From an uncultured delta proteobacterium (lineage in GTDB: Bacteria; Desulfobacterota; Syntrophobacteria; BM002): a stretch of DNA of 27,691 bases. The position numbers and the translations under genes were made by a program. The notes beneath the pieces were generated by a model. It ran no database searches. It worked only from the letters and a program-made list of their open reading frames with translations, and had not been told where the DNA came from. The first letter of the stretch is position 1. Each line of letters starts with the position of its first letter. Location of the stretch: contig CAVQGX010000013.1 of assembly GCA_963712115.1 (NCBI GenBank), positions 1 through 27,691 of the forward strand, given 5' to 3'. Below are positions 17,216-26,377 of the stretch, piece by piece.

Positions 17216-17476
17216 ATGCCAAGGATAACGATTGGTGAACAGATGGTGAATGCTTTCGTTGAATTGGGTGAGGATATAGATGCAATAGTAGATGAAATTA
17301 ACCATTCTCTAGATGCAAAAGCCTTCCCGACCAATAACGCAATTAATGAGGCTCAAAGATGCATTACCGCTTTAGGCATAGTGAACGCAGGTATCATATT
17401 TTTGCTCGACTCATTGGAACGACTCGATAGAGAGTTTGAGGGCCACGAGGGTGCAAAACCGCTGTTTTTGGAATAG
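17216..17476 (+). CDS. Hypothetical helical protein
   Basis: 86-aa ORF with GAGGTG RBS; a strong hairpin follows immediately. Confidence 0.6.
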   Translation: MPRITIGEQMVNAFVELGEDIDAIVDEINHSLDAKAFPTNNAINEAQRCITALGIVNAGIIFLLDSLERLDREFEGHEGAKPLFLE

Positions 17477-17484
17477 GAGGGGTG

Positions 17485-17663
17485 AAAAAAGAACCCCCAC
17501 CGAAGCCAGGATATCCGATGGGGGCTAACAAAGGGATATTCGAGGTGGGATAAGCAGGCGAAAATTCCCACCCCATTGATATGATATATAACAGAAGAGA
17601 TAAGTTCATACAAGAAAAAAAGAAAAGCCCCCAATGACCAGTCCAGTTGCGGCCAATGGGGGC
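17485..17663 (-). terminator. Two tandem GCCCCCA...TGGGGGY terminator hairpins related to the one at 14117-14153
   Basis: Hairpins at about 17493-17525 and 17627-17663, each followed by a T-tract on the minus strand. Confidence 0.6.
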
Positions 17664-17696
17664 TAGGGGCAATACACTTGAAGCCAACAAAGACAT

Positions 17697-17791
17697 TATT
17701 ACCCCTTAATCTTATTCCACTGGTGAGGTTGTCCCTGTCAATCCGAAAAACCACCATTTTAGCCAACAAAAAAGCGGAGCCGAAGTTCCGC
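17697..17791. repeat. Degenerate module-boundary repeat plus GCGGAGC terminator hairpin
   Basis: TATTACCCCTTAATCTTATTCCACTGG followed about 75 bp later by AAAAAAGCGGAGCCGAAGTTCCGC, then AGTGTTCTT. Confidence 0.55.
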
Positions 17792-17892
17792 AGTGTTCTT
17801 GCAAGAATCATAACCTCAGAGAGTCATGTTTAACCTCCTGCCTGCAAAATGAAAAATCTGGAGCAGGCATTATCCTCACCGCTTGGGCAGCA

Positions 17893-18186
17893 TCAAAAGC
17901 CGAATCTAATCTGGATTCTTGTTCTGTTGGGCGAGAGGTAAAGCCCAAAATTAGAGTAGTGACTGTTACGGAAATCGCGTGGTTTATAGTCATATCCGTA
18001 ATTGTAATAACGCTGGCTCGGATAATTATTCTGGTATCCGTTAAACCTCTGGTTCCTGGGACCATTTTTGTAGTAGTTTCTGTGACCAGAGCGATACTGG
18101 CCATTCCCTGCCTCCGATGGAGACGCCCAAACCACCAGAGACATTGCCAAAAGAGCGGCTATTATAATCTTACCGATGTTTTTCAT
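17893..18186 (-). CDS. Small exported protein with an N/Y/R/G-rich low-complexity mature region
   Basis: AAGGAG RBS, signal peptide MKNIGKIIIAALLAMSLVVWASPSEA, C-terminal alternating pattern IQIRFGF. Confidence 0.75.
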   Translation of the reverse strand: MKNIGKIIIAALLAMSLVVWASPSEAGNGQYRSGHRNYYKNGPRNQRFNGYQNNYPSQRYYNYGYDYKPRDFRNSHYSNFGLYLSPNRTRIQIRFGF

Positions 18187-18360
18187 TTTTATTCTCCTTT
18201 CATACTTATTAATCGAATGGAGGGCGAAAAAGGTTACAGGTGCATCAAGAAATTTACTCAGCTGAGGCAGCACGGAGGGGTGAAACATCCGGGCTAGAAT
18301 TGATTGGTCTAGGTTGAAAATTGCTAAGAGACTCTAATTCGAATGGAGAGTTGGCAAAAG

Positions 18361-18383
18361 AAAAAGCGGAGCCAAAGCTCCGC
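18361..18383 (-). terminator. GCGGAGC-family terminator hairpin
   Basis: Plus strand AAAAAGCGGAGCCAAAGCTCCGC followed by GTGTTCTT, as at 13.1 and 17.8 kb. Confidence 0.7.
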
Positions 18384-18600
18384 AAGTGTTCTTTAGGAAG
18401 TGAATAGCCTCACCGTGGGCAGGCGTGTCCAATTACCCCACACTTATTCAACACTAGATGTGGTGGTGACTTCTAAATAGCAAAAGTGTGGATTAAAGTA
18501 TGTAATGTTCACTCACCACTGAATAATCATTCGAGCTGTCTTCCCGATCCGACTGCAGCGAGTGGTAGGCGACCGCTGCATTTGTCTACTGGATTCCTCG

Positions 18601-19032
18601 CTACACGTCGAGAGACTTCTGAAGAATCGGTTTGATGTCAATGATCGGTGTGCCGTCCAGCGCCTCCAGTGGACGCACTCTGAGCCGCCCCTGAATGTCA
18701 ATCTCTAGAACCTCAACGCGATGCAAGCCTACAGGGTTTGGGCGGTTAGACGAACGCGTTGCAAAAACTCCGCGAAGAGGGTTCTCCGGGTTGTCGCGAG
18801 GATGGAGCTTCAGGATGTTGCGTCGCGCCTTATGGAACCAAGTTAGTAAGATCACCTCGCAGCCTGGAGTGATGCCATCAAGGCCGTCCGAAAAAGCGGG
18901 ATCAATTTCCACCCAAGCATCGGGCGCTCCTTTCCAGCCCTGAAGTGGGCAATCTTCCAGCCGCTTCAGTTTTGAGCGCACGATTCCAACTGGCTGAAGC
19001 AGGTATGGGTCAAGGTGATCGACGTCTATCAT
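18601..19032 (-). CDS. tsaA: TrmO/TsaA (YaeB)-family SAM-binding tRNA methyltransferase-like protein
   Basis: PVGIVRS, GVFATRSSNRPNPVG, LDGTPIIDIKP signature; GGAGG RBS. Confidence 0.9.
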   Translation of the reverse strand: MIDVDHLDPYLLQPVGIVRSKLKRLEDCPLQGWKGAPDAWVEIDPAFSDGLDGITPGCEVILLTWFHKARRNILKLHPRDNPENPLRGVFATRSSNRPNPVGLHRVEVLEIDIQGRLRVRPLEALDGTPIIDIKPILQKSLDV

Positions 19033-19077
19033 GGTGATGACACCCTCCGTTTATTTGGCCTCGACTGCGAATCACAT

Positions 19078-19135
19078 GCCTAACATATCTAATCAGCCAT
19101 GCGGGTTTTGTGTCGGTTGAATTAACCATATATCC
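19078..19135 (-). other. Degenerate attC-like site
   Basis: Minus strand AATTCAACCGAC...TGGCTGATT-AGATAT-GTTAGGC (paired L boxes plus a GTTRRRY core) just before the tsaA RBS. The R'' box has decayed. Confidence 0.6.
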
Positions 19136-19160
19136 ATTGTATCCTGATTGGCACAGTTGA

Positions 19161-19601
19161 TTACGTCAGAGTCCACGGTTTTGTGAAGTAGACTCTACGA
19201 ACTTCCGACGCCTTGGACTCGGCCCATTTCTCCACACCCATTTTATTGATTAAGCACAGATTAAAGACCTTGATATTATGTGGTAGTTCACCAGCCTTGT
19301 CGGCGCAGGGATGGAGGTTATCACAGGGAAACTCGTCGCAATCCCCGCAAAAGCTAACCCCTTTACTCTGTGAGCATTCATAGGCAGCACAGCGATGCGA
19401 TTCACCAAACAGATGATTGTGAACCGGTATTTGTCCATTGTGGTTCCGACATCCACGACAGAGCATTGTTTCTATAGGAATGTTAAATTCCTCAGACCAT
19501 TGTTCAGCTTGGTTCATTGCCTCCGGATCCTCATGGGCCAAAAAGAGGGTACAGTTGAAGCAATCCAGCCCGCAGGGTGCGGTCATTTGAAAGTAATCCA
19601 T
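19161..19601 (-). CDS. DUF3795-like Cys-rich metal or Fe-S binding protein
   Basis: APCGLDCFNC...CRGC...CAAYEC...FCGDCDEFPC. AGGAG RBS preceded by GTTGGCG. Confidence 0.8.
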   Translation of the reverse strand: MDYFQMTAPCGLDCFNCTLFLAHEDPEAMNQAEQWSEEFNIPIETMLCRGCRNHNGQIPVHNHLFGESHRCAAYECSQSKGVSFCGDCDEFPCDNLHPCADKAGELPHNIKVFNLCLINKMGVEKWAESKASEVRRVYFTKPWTLT

Positions 19602-20062
19602 AATTAGCTCTCCTTTTTGAATCTTTTGAAACGCCAACAAGTTATCATATGTTTACCATTATCTGAAATGATAGAATCCCCCATTTGGGGGATAAATGTT
19701 CTTTTTCTCTGTTATTGGGTGGCAAGGCGCCAAGATCAGTTGATGGCTCTTATCTATATGAGGATAAACGAAAGGACTCCAAAATAGTGGGTGTCGGAGT
19801 TGTGATCTAAGAGTTCACATATCTGGTACGTTTCTGAGGTATAGATTTTGGGGAGGCGAGGGAGCCTTTGGCGAGCTCGCCGAGGCTCCTCAACTCTATA
19901 ACTCGGGGCGTAACTGCATATGTTGTTCTCAGCCAGATTCTCAGTTAAGCATCTCGAAAAAAAAGTGAAGCTCCCTTGGTTAGTAGCCATCCGGTTTAGC
20001 CGGTGACATGATTTAGGGGCAGTCTGCAATGAAGCAGCTGCACAACTCAAAGGAGCTTCACC

Positions 20063-21511
20063 ATGAAAAAGCGAACCATTTATACGAATCAAAGTCAAGG
20101 GCTTCTTCGTCTCTTTGAGCAAGCAGCAAACAGTGCCAAAGTGATGTGCGTACCCATCGATTATGCGAAGAAGGACCATGTGGTCATGTTCTGTAACGGC
20201 TATGGTGATATTGTCAGAAAGCCGTTTTCGGTGAAGAACTCTCCGGAGGGTCTCGAGTATCTTGTCGATCAGGTAACCCGCTCTTGCCGTCACCGCCGAA
20301 TAAGAAAAGAGCATGTCTTCTTTGGCGGTGAAGATGCCAATTCATATGCAGAGAATTTTGCCAACACTCTGCGCTCTAAGGGATGGCTGGTGGCCCATGT
20401 AAATGCCCACGATGCAAAAAAGCAACGACAGAATCTTCAAGCCAGCACAGATCGTCTGGACTTGATGGGCATTGCCACCATGCTGCTCAACCGGCGAGCA
20501 AATTGCTCTCCTGCCCAAACTGGGATTTATCGTAACCTTCGGACTCTTGTGCGGCACAGAAAAAAGCTAGTTGTCATGAAAACTGAAGTTCGTAACCGAG
20601 TCCACGCTGTGGTCGATCGGCTTTTTCCAGGGTTTCTGAACGAGAAAAAAAGCGGGATCACCCCTTTTTCAAACAGTTCACTGTACTTGATGGAAAATAG
20701 CTTCAGTGCCCAGCAAATCCGCAGGCGCAAGCGCTCTACGCTTTGCAACATACTCAAACGTTACGGAACAGCTGATCCAGAAGCTACAGCCGCCAAAGTG
20801 CAAACCTATGCTGCTCAGGTGCTTACCATCCAGAACCAATACGCAGCTACCTTACAGATCTCCCTAGCCCATCACATCAAACTCTACCGCTGCTTGTTAG
20901 AGAATACTGAGCAACTTGAGAAAGAAATCGCCTTGCCGCTTGCTCAAAGCCAGGGTGCATTTCTAACCAGCATTAAAGGCATCGGCATTGTTTTGGCGGC
21001 CGGGATTACGGCTGAAATCGGCAGTCCCTTTGAACAAAAGCCGCTGAACAATCTGACTTCATACTCCGGTATTATCCCCAGGGTTAAACAATCTGGGGGA
21101 CCCAATGGAGCAGCCCATACGGGTCGAGTCAGCAAAAGGAGCAACCATCTTCTCAAAGACTCTGTGGTCCAGTCGGCTTTCCACATCGGCCGCTTTGGCC
21201 CAAAGGAGCTGGTAGTAGATTACAAGCGTCGTAAGGGAGCCGGACAGCACGCCGACTTCGGCATGGGCCGTCGATTCTTGCGCATGGCCATGTCTCTGAT
21301 GCGAACCTCACAAATCTATCTGCCACCTCATCTTCGAAATGATCAAGTCAGAGCACAAGAGCGGGCTGGCTACTACCTGGCTGTGTGGCCTCAGTTGCGC
21401 GAAAAATGGAATAAAGCCGATGCACTCAAAGTAGCCTTTGCAAAGCACAACCCCTTAGGTCAATGGCGACATATTGTACAGGAGATCTATGGGATAAAAC
21501 TCAAGCTATAA
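20063..21511 (+). CDS. IS110-family (DEDD) transposase / bridge recombinase, 482 aa
   Basis: PIDYAK (D), GGEDAN (E), STDRLD (D,D); C-terminal SIKGIG...AEIG...YSGIIPRVKQSG with the conserved Ser. AAGGAG RBS. Confidence 0.92.
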   Translation: MKKRTIYTNQSQGLLRLFEQAANSAKVMCVPIDYAKKDHVVMFCNGYGDIVRKPFSVKNSPEGLEYLVDQVTRSCRHRRIRKEHVFFGGEDANSYAENFANTLRSKGWLVAHVNAHDAKKQRQNLQASTDRLDLMGIATMLLNRRANCSPAQTGIYRNLRTLVRHRKKLVVMKTEVRNRVHAVVDRLFPGFLNEKKSGITPFSNSSLYLMENSFSAQQIRRRKRSTLCNILKRYGTADPEATAAKVQTYAAQVLTIQNQYAATLQISLAHHIKLYRCLLENTEQLEKEIALPLAQSQGAFLTSIKGIGIVLAAGITAEIGSPFEQKPLNNLTSYSGIIPRVKQSGGPNGAAHTGRVSKRSNHLLKDSVVQSAFHIGRFGPKELVVDYKRRKGAGQHADFGMGRRFLRMAMSLMRTSQIYLPPHLRNDQVRAQERAGYYLAVWPQLREKWNKADALKVAFAKHNPLGQWRHIVQEIYGIKLKL

Positions 21512-21554
21512 CCCCAGCCTGAAAACGCAGATGGCAGCAACAGCGAGAGAACTT

Positions 21555-21800
21555 TGTAGTTTCGGCGGACAGGATGGCTTTCAACATAACTGCCGCGGTG
21601 CTCGACAATGCGAGCGAGATCATCGACGGCTATGGCAAGAATGCCTCACCCTGTCCGTCCGAACCCTTATGGCTCCAAGGTACTCTGATCCTGGACAGAA
21701 CAGAAGATCTTGTCATACCAGTTTGCCAAAGTCGGACACCATGGGCGGGGGGTAACCACCGGCTACGCCGAACTGCAGATATCCATGACTGTGAGCTTTC
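21555..21800 (+). ncRNA. Candidate bridge/seek RNA in the 3' non-coding end (boundaries approximate)
   Basis: Stem TTCGGCGGACAGG/CCTGTCCGTCCGAA encloses GATGGCT (left target) and TGGCAAGA (reverse complement of right target). GGTACTCT and AGATA further on match the donor junction. Confidence 0.7.
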
Positions 21801-21900
21801 ACCTCGGTTTCACAAAAGCTCAAAAAAACCGGGCTAAACCGGCACAGGGGAAGTGTTGTCTCGAAAGAAGGGCAAAAAAAGAGTTGATCTTTTTCTGGTA

Positions 21901-22064
21901 CTCTTGCCAATATATGAACTTGGCCAGGATTGAAGGTATGAAAGGGAGATGTGACTTTACGTGGTGATGAGATACGGAAACGCACTTCGATCACTATCGA
22001 AGCTAATATTACATCCCTCTATCTAAACTCCACTGGAATTTCTTTTGGCGCTAGATCTTGAAAG
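21901..22064. repeat. Extended module-boundary repeat R6 (core 22010-22064)
   Basis: Collinear with 26893-27055 over about 165 bp; core TACATCCCTCTATCTAAACT...TTGGCGCTAGATCTTGAAAG. Confidence 0.85.
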
Positions 22065-22129
22065 TTACCAAGAGACCGCTGCGCTGAGAAAGCGCAGGCC
22101 GTGCTTAACCGAAAGGTGAGTTGCACAAT

Positions 22130-22638
22130 TTAGCGAAGCTGTCGCGCTGGCGGTTGCAACCCCGGATTTCGCGAAAATTTATAGGGACAATCTTCCAGTA
22201 CACTCCTGCGAAAGACGAGAACCTCTCCTGAAATCCCTAGAATCTTAACTTTTCTGATGCCGAGCTGGACGTTAAGGTGTGAATAGATGAATCCTGAAAC
22301 GACACCACAAACATTAATGATTTTCTCGTCTCCACCGGATAGGTTGGTTTTTATTGTTGCAGTGTCGCCTGTAACTTCAACATCGATGATGTTGTCGTAC
22401 CATGATGTCTTAAAACCTGTGACACCAAAGATGACTGCAAGGTACTGTCTTATCGCTCTGCGCGAGGCTGATTGGTCTTTGGTGTGGCCTCCGCAAGGAT
22501 AATCTTATGAGGGGAGTTAAAAACACGGGTCAAACTTGCTTTGGCAGCTGGCTTGGCTGGCGCAAGTGGAGTCAAAAAGAGTGCGGGTATTAAGACTAAG
22601 ACGATTGCGGAAATCAATCGGAGCGAGATGTATTCCAT
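22130..22638 (-). pseudogene. Exported hypothetical protein with a 1-nt deletion near 22455
   Basis: Signal-peptide ORF MEYISLRLISAIVLVL...PRAE continues after a -1 shift as AIRQYLAVIFGVTGFKTSWYDNIIDVEV... to TAA at 22130. Confidence 0.65.
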
Positions 22639-22662
22639 GTCATCACTCCTCATGAAAGCGAT

Positions 22663-22721
22663 GCATAACGTCCGAGATTAACGGCGCGGGTTACCACGGC
22701 GGTTGGAATGGCTTATTGGGC
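22663..22721 (-). other. attC-like site, 59 bp
   Basis: Starts 3 nt after the upstream stop: GCCCAAT-AAGCCATTCCAACCG...CCGTTAATCTCGGAC-GTTATGC, followed by the AGGAG RBS of the next gene. Confidence 0.65.
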
Positions 22722-22724
22722 AAA

Positions 22725-22988
22725 TTACGGATTTAAATCAAGAACTTCCTCTATTTTCTCAAACGGAAGGGATGCCGCTTCATTTACCTTCTTCACTGAC
22801 TCTGCATCTGGAGCCTCAAACAAACAAGTACACCGCGAATCTCCAGGATAAAAGTTACTTCGTATGTATTTAACTGGCGTTCCCTCCTTCGAGTACTTGT
22901 TGCTGGTATCTATCGCTGCTTTCTGAGCTTCTCCCAACTGTTCCATAGTTATACCCGGCAGGTTTCGTTGCACGGCATAGATAGGCAT
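22725..22988 (-). CDS. DUF4242-like small protein
   Basis: YAVQRNLPG...YIRS...CTCLFEAPDAESVKKVNEAASLPFEKI. AAGGAGGT RBS. Confidence 0.8.
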   Translation of the reverse strand: MPIYAVQRNLPGITMEQLGEAQKAAIDTSNKYSKEGTPVKYIRSNFYPGDSRCTCLFEAPDAESVKKVNEAASLPFEKIEEVLDLNP

Positions 22989-23230
22989 GACTTACCTCCT
23001 TCTTGGCCTAATAGTTGATTAAAAAGCCGCAACTTAGGGGACTACCAAAGAATATCTACTTAGCACCTTTGTCCCCCGCCATATATCATCGTAGGTCTTG
23101 GAATTCAAATCTTACCCAAATCTTAGACTACTCATGGGATTACTCTATACCCAAAATGCGCCACACGCTCTGTCGCGATGATGCTCTCTTTGAACTCAAA
23201 AGAGGGCGTCATAGGAACAGTGGTTATGAC

Positions 23231-24532
23231 TTATAAACCGTATTGTTCTTTTACGAGATGCGCAATACCTATCTGTTCCAGGCGGCTCATGGGGGTGAGC
23301 ATCGAGATGTGAACGATGCCAGGAAGACGACCGATTTCAACGCCTCCTGTGATGGTTACGCGGTTTCTCACCTCATCAATATCCATACCTGCTAACTTCG
23401 CCATTCGTTCGAGACCGTTCACTGTAGCCTGGTTCAAATCGGCACCCGAGCCCACCACCTGAATGGGAGCCACTTCAGTTTGGAGATTAAAGCCGTTCCT
23501 TTTGGCTAATGATCGGGCGATCTCTAACTCTTCGCTGGAAGGTAGTCTCGCCAGAGGCGGCAGGTCCTCCATTAGGGGTAATAAGATCGGTCCATCATTT
23601 GCCAGTTTTTTTATGACCTCGACCTCAACAGTGACCTCCGCAGAAACGTCCGTCGTATGACCAGCAATCTCTCCATCACCCTGCATCGCATGAACATCAC
23701 CTACGATTATGCCAGCTTGCTCAACCCTAACAGGCGCGATAACGATAGCACCTTCACCGACACTATCGATGTCCATGTGGGCATCACTTCTTTTCACCAG
23801 ATCTTCTTCGTTGATGGCATGGTCATGTGGGGCACCAATAAGAAACACCCCAAAGTCTCCGGCATTATGGGACGAGGGCATGGTAACCTCGGGCAAGGTT
23901 CCAAAATTCCCTATCATCGGCCGAATCTTCGATACAATGCCAGCAGGCATGTCTGCCAGAGCAAAAACCAATACGGAATGGCACGAAGATCCCACAGGTG
24001 CTCCTGAATAGTCTCCTGCATTTCTGGCTATTTCTTCTGCTACGTGTTTGGGAACTGTTACCCCCACTCTGCGATTATCATCAAAAACCATCGTATATCC
24101 ATTGGTTACATCAAATGCAGATATAGAAGTGTCGCAATCGGCACAGCGGATTGCATCCCTGCCGATTTCCTTTACAACTGTATTAGGATTGACCTTGCGA
24201 CACCCTGGACATTTTTTTGCAACAAATGGATCCCCAACAAAACTTCCTTCACGAGGAGTTTCAGTTCCAGACGATGAAGCTTTGGAAGTAATATTGATCT
24301 TTCTAATCTTTAGTGCCACACCGTCTCCAACTTCGGCGCCAGAAACAGCTACGGGACGGCTGACCGTGTGACCACTCTCAACCTCTGGCGTAATCATAGG
24401 ACCATAACAAGCCGGTTCCGTGCCCGTTACAATTAGACCACCATCTTTAACAGGGCCAAGCATGTCAGTCTCTGGACCTACTAGATCAACAAATTGACTT
24501 ACATTGACTATATCTTCACCCGATGATGTCAT
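23231..24532 (-). CDS. Acetamidase/formamidase (FmdA/AmdA) family protein
   Basis: PVAVSGAEVGD, HMDID, GDVHAMQGDGEIAGH motifs; CxxC...CxxC insertion; GGAGG RBS. Confidence 0.88.
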   Translation of the reverse strand: MTSSGEDIVNVSQFVDLVGPETDMLGPVKDGGLIVTGTEPACYGPMITPEVESGHTVSRPVAVSGAEVGDGVALKIRKINITSKASSSGTETPREGSFVGDPFVAKKCPGCRKVNPNTVVKEIGRDAIRCADCDTSISAFDVTNGYTMVFDDNRRVGVTVPKHVAEEIARNAGDYSGAPVGSSCHSVLVFALADMPAGIVSKIRPMIGNFGTLPEVTMPSSHNAGDFGVFLIGAPHDHAINEEDLVKRSDAHMDIDSVGEGAIVIAPVRVEQAGIIVGDVHAMQGDGEIAGHTTDVSAEVTVEVEVIKKLANDGPILLPLMEDLPPLARLPSSEELEIARSLAKRNGFNLQTEVAPIQVVGSGADLNQATVNGLERMAKLAGMDIDEVRNRVTITGGVEIGRLPGIVHISMLTPMSRLEQIGIAHLVKEQYGL

Positions 24533-25068
24533 TTGATCCCCTCCTCTCTGTCTTGACAGAGTCAAGATCTAACCTTTTCTAATTTCTCTGTGATCAGAAC
24601 TTTGCATAGTAATCGTCGATACACGGCGAACGGTTAGGTTTGCCTCTCCAAACCATCAATCATGTAAAGATGACTAAAGAAAACGATGAGTTGGTTTTCC
24701 TTACCTTCAGTTTCTGCGAAGCTCAGAAGAATTTTTTATGGCATTTATAGGAATCGTTAAAATCACGATAAAACCATGCTGCAAATCTTGTCAACCAGAA
24801 AAGCCGTGTGGCGGGAGTCAACCTGAGATCACATGACCAAGGTAAAGACTCGGTCAGGTATACATCTCGATCCGGACGCCCCTTTTTAGTAGTCTGCAAA
24901 GTCATACTGTGTGATGGGAATCTATGAACGACCCAGAGGTACCTTGGGGGCGGTCAGTTACGTGGAAGCTATGAGATGGATTAAGAATCTGTACTGATTC
25001 TCGGCATTTTTAAGATAAAGTTCTCCGCTTCGTCCGCACTGCTCACAGAAGAATAGCACATTGTACCT

Positions 25069-26208
25069 TTATAGAATTTCTTCAACCCTGTCCAAAGCTT
25101 GTTGAATATCAGCTGGCTGGTTGTAAAGGTGAGGAGAAAACCTGACAAAATCCTTTCTCGATGAAACCATAACTTGAGCCGCCTTAAGCTTTCGAGCCAC
25201 TTCCGCCGGATCTTTCCCCGGAAACCGTGCAGCCACAATGGAGGTCTGCTCTGCCTCATTGCGAGGCGAGATAATTTCCACGTTGCGCTCTTCCAAGCCT
25301 TCAATCAACAAATTAGCCAAATGTTTGTTGTACGAAAAAATGCGCGCCACACCGACATCCACCAAGTATTCTATTGAACGCGCCAAACCTATAGCACAGC
25401 CATAAGCCATGGTACTGTACTCAAAACGCTGTGCCGTTGTCGGGAACTCAACTCGGTCCGCCTGAAGATTCCACATTTCTCTATGACTTCGAAATCCTAC
25501 TAGTCCCGGGTCTAACTGATTCTGCAAAGCAGGCGCAAGATACATCACCGCTGCACCAAATGGTCCGCAAAGCCACTTGTAGCCGCCGGAGACTAAGGCA
25601 TCCACAGCACATGCTGGTGCATCTATTGGAACGGCACCGGCAGATTGAGTTGCATCTACCACCAGGAGAGCGTTGTGGTCATGCGCTACATCCGCCATCT
25701 CTTGCAGATCATAGCGCTGTCCACCACTGTATTCAACGTGCGAAACGCACACTACAGCAGTACGATTATCGACTAGTTGGATCACATCATCTGGGTTGGC
25801 ATAACTGTTTTGACCCTTAGCCAACCTAACCTCACAGTTCGTATGCCTTGCTACACGAAGCCAAGGATAAACTGTACTAGGAAATACGATATCCGTACTG
25901 ACCACATTGGTCTCAGACTCAGGGGCGACCGCCCAGGCCAATGAACTGATAAGTTCTGTTGCGCTCGAGCCTACTGCAATGTCCTCGGGCCGGGCGTTAA
26001 AAAGACGTGCGGCGGCACTATGTAAGTCACCGAATACGGTTGCTTCGGCAGTTTCATCAAAGTTTATGCTGCCATTTTCAGCAAGATCTTGTTGCCATTC
26101 GATGATGGCTTTTTCAGCGCCTTGGTACATTAAGGCCACATTGGCGGCATTCAAATATGTACATTTGTCGCTAGCAGGAAAATCTTTGGGATCGACAATG
26201 GAATCCAT
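25069..26208 (-). CDS. Class-V PLP-dependent aminotransferase (SufS/kynureninase-like)
   Basis: YLNAAN, VSHV, VDATQS, SGGYKWLCGP (PLP Lys), VRFSPHLYN. Confidence 0.92.
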   Translation of the reverse strand: MDSIVDPKDFPASDKCTYLNAANVALMYQGAEKAIIEWQQDLAENGSINFDETAEATVFGDLHSAAARLFNARPEDIAVGSSATELISSLAWAVAPESETNVVSTDIVFPSTVYPWLRVARHTNCEVRLAKGQNSYANPDDVIQLVDNRTAVVCVSHVEYSGGQRYDLQEMADVAHDHNALLVVDATQSAGAVPIDAPACAVDALVSGGYKWLCGPFGAAVMYLAPALQNQLDPGLVGFRSHREMWNLQADRVEFPTTAQRFEYSTMAYGCAIGLARSIEYLVDVGVARIFSYNKHLANLLIEGLEERNVEIISPRNEAEQTSIVAARFPGKDPAEVARKLKAAQVMVSSRKDFVRFSPHLYNQPADIQQALDRVEEIL

Positions 26209-26377
26209 CTACCTTTCCTTTATTATGTTGTTTAAAACTTCCATACTATCTCAAACTTCTCGCTCCACGATTGTGATCAATAGCCCCATTACTAAATCTC
26301 GTCAGCGGCATCACAACAGGGAGGTTGTTTGCCCTATCTGACCGTGTAAGGACATATCTAAGGCCGCAATTTCTTCA

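Larger units (their letters stand above)
19747..21905 (+). mobile_element. IS110-family element with long non-coding ends, bounded by a shared CTCTT core
   Basis: CTCTT at 19747-19751 and 21901-21905. Joining the flanks gives AGTTGATGGCTCTTGCC, which matches the uninterrupted paralogous site AGTTCATGTCTCTTGCC (26884-26900) at 15 of 17 positions. Confidence 0.8.

Noticed and set aside
17816-17839. AGGAGG followed by a three-codon ORF (ATG ACT CTC TGA, minus strand)
   Set aside because: A single occurrence that cannot be told apart from a gene remnant or chance.
19066-19081. AGGCATGTGATTCGCA as a sigma54 promoter for tsaA
   Set aside because: The spacing fits, but the GGC belongs to the attC-like GTTAGGC core and the flanks are off-consensus, so it is ambiguous.
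21710-21967. 85-aa ORF ending MKGRCDFTW, echoed by MRRRCDLSW near 26930
   Set aside because: It crosses the IS110 right boundary, and DNA-level repeat similarity explains the echo.
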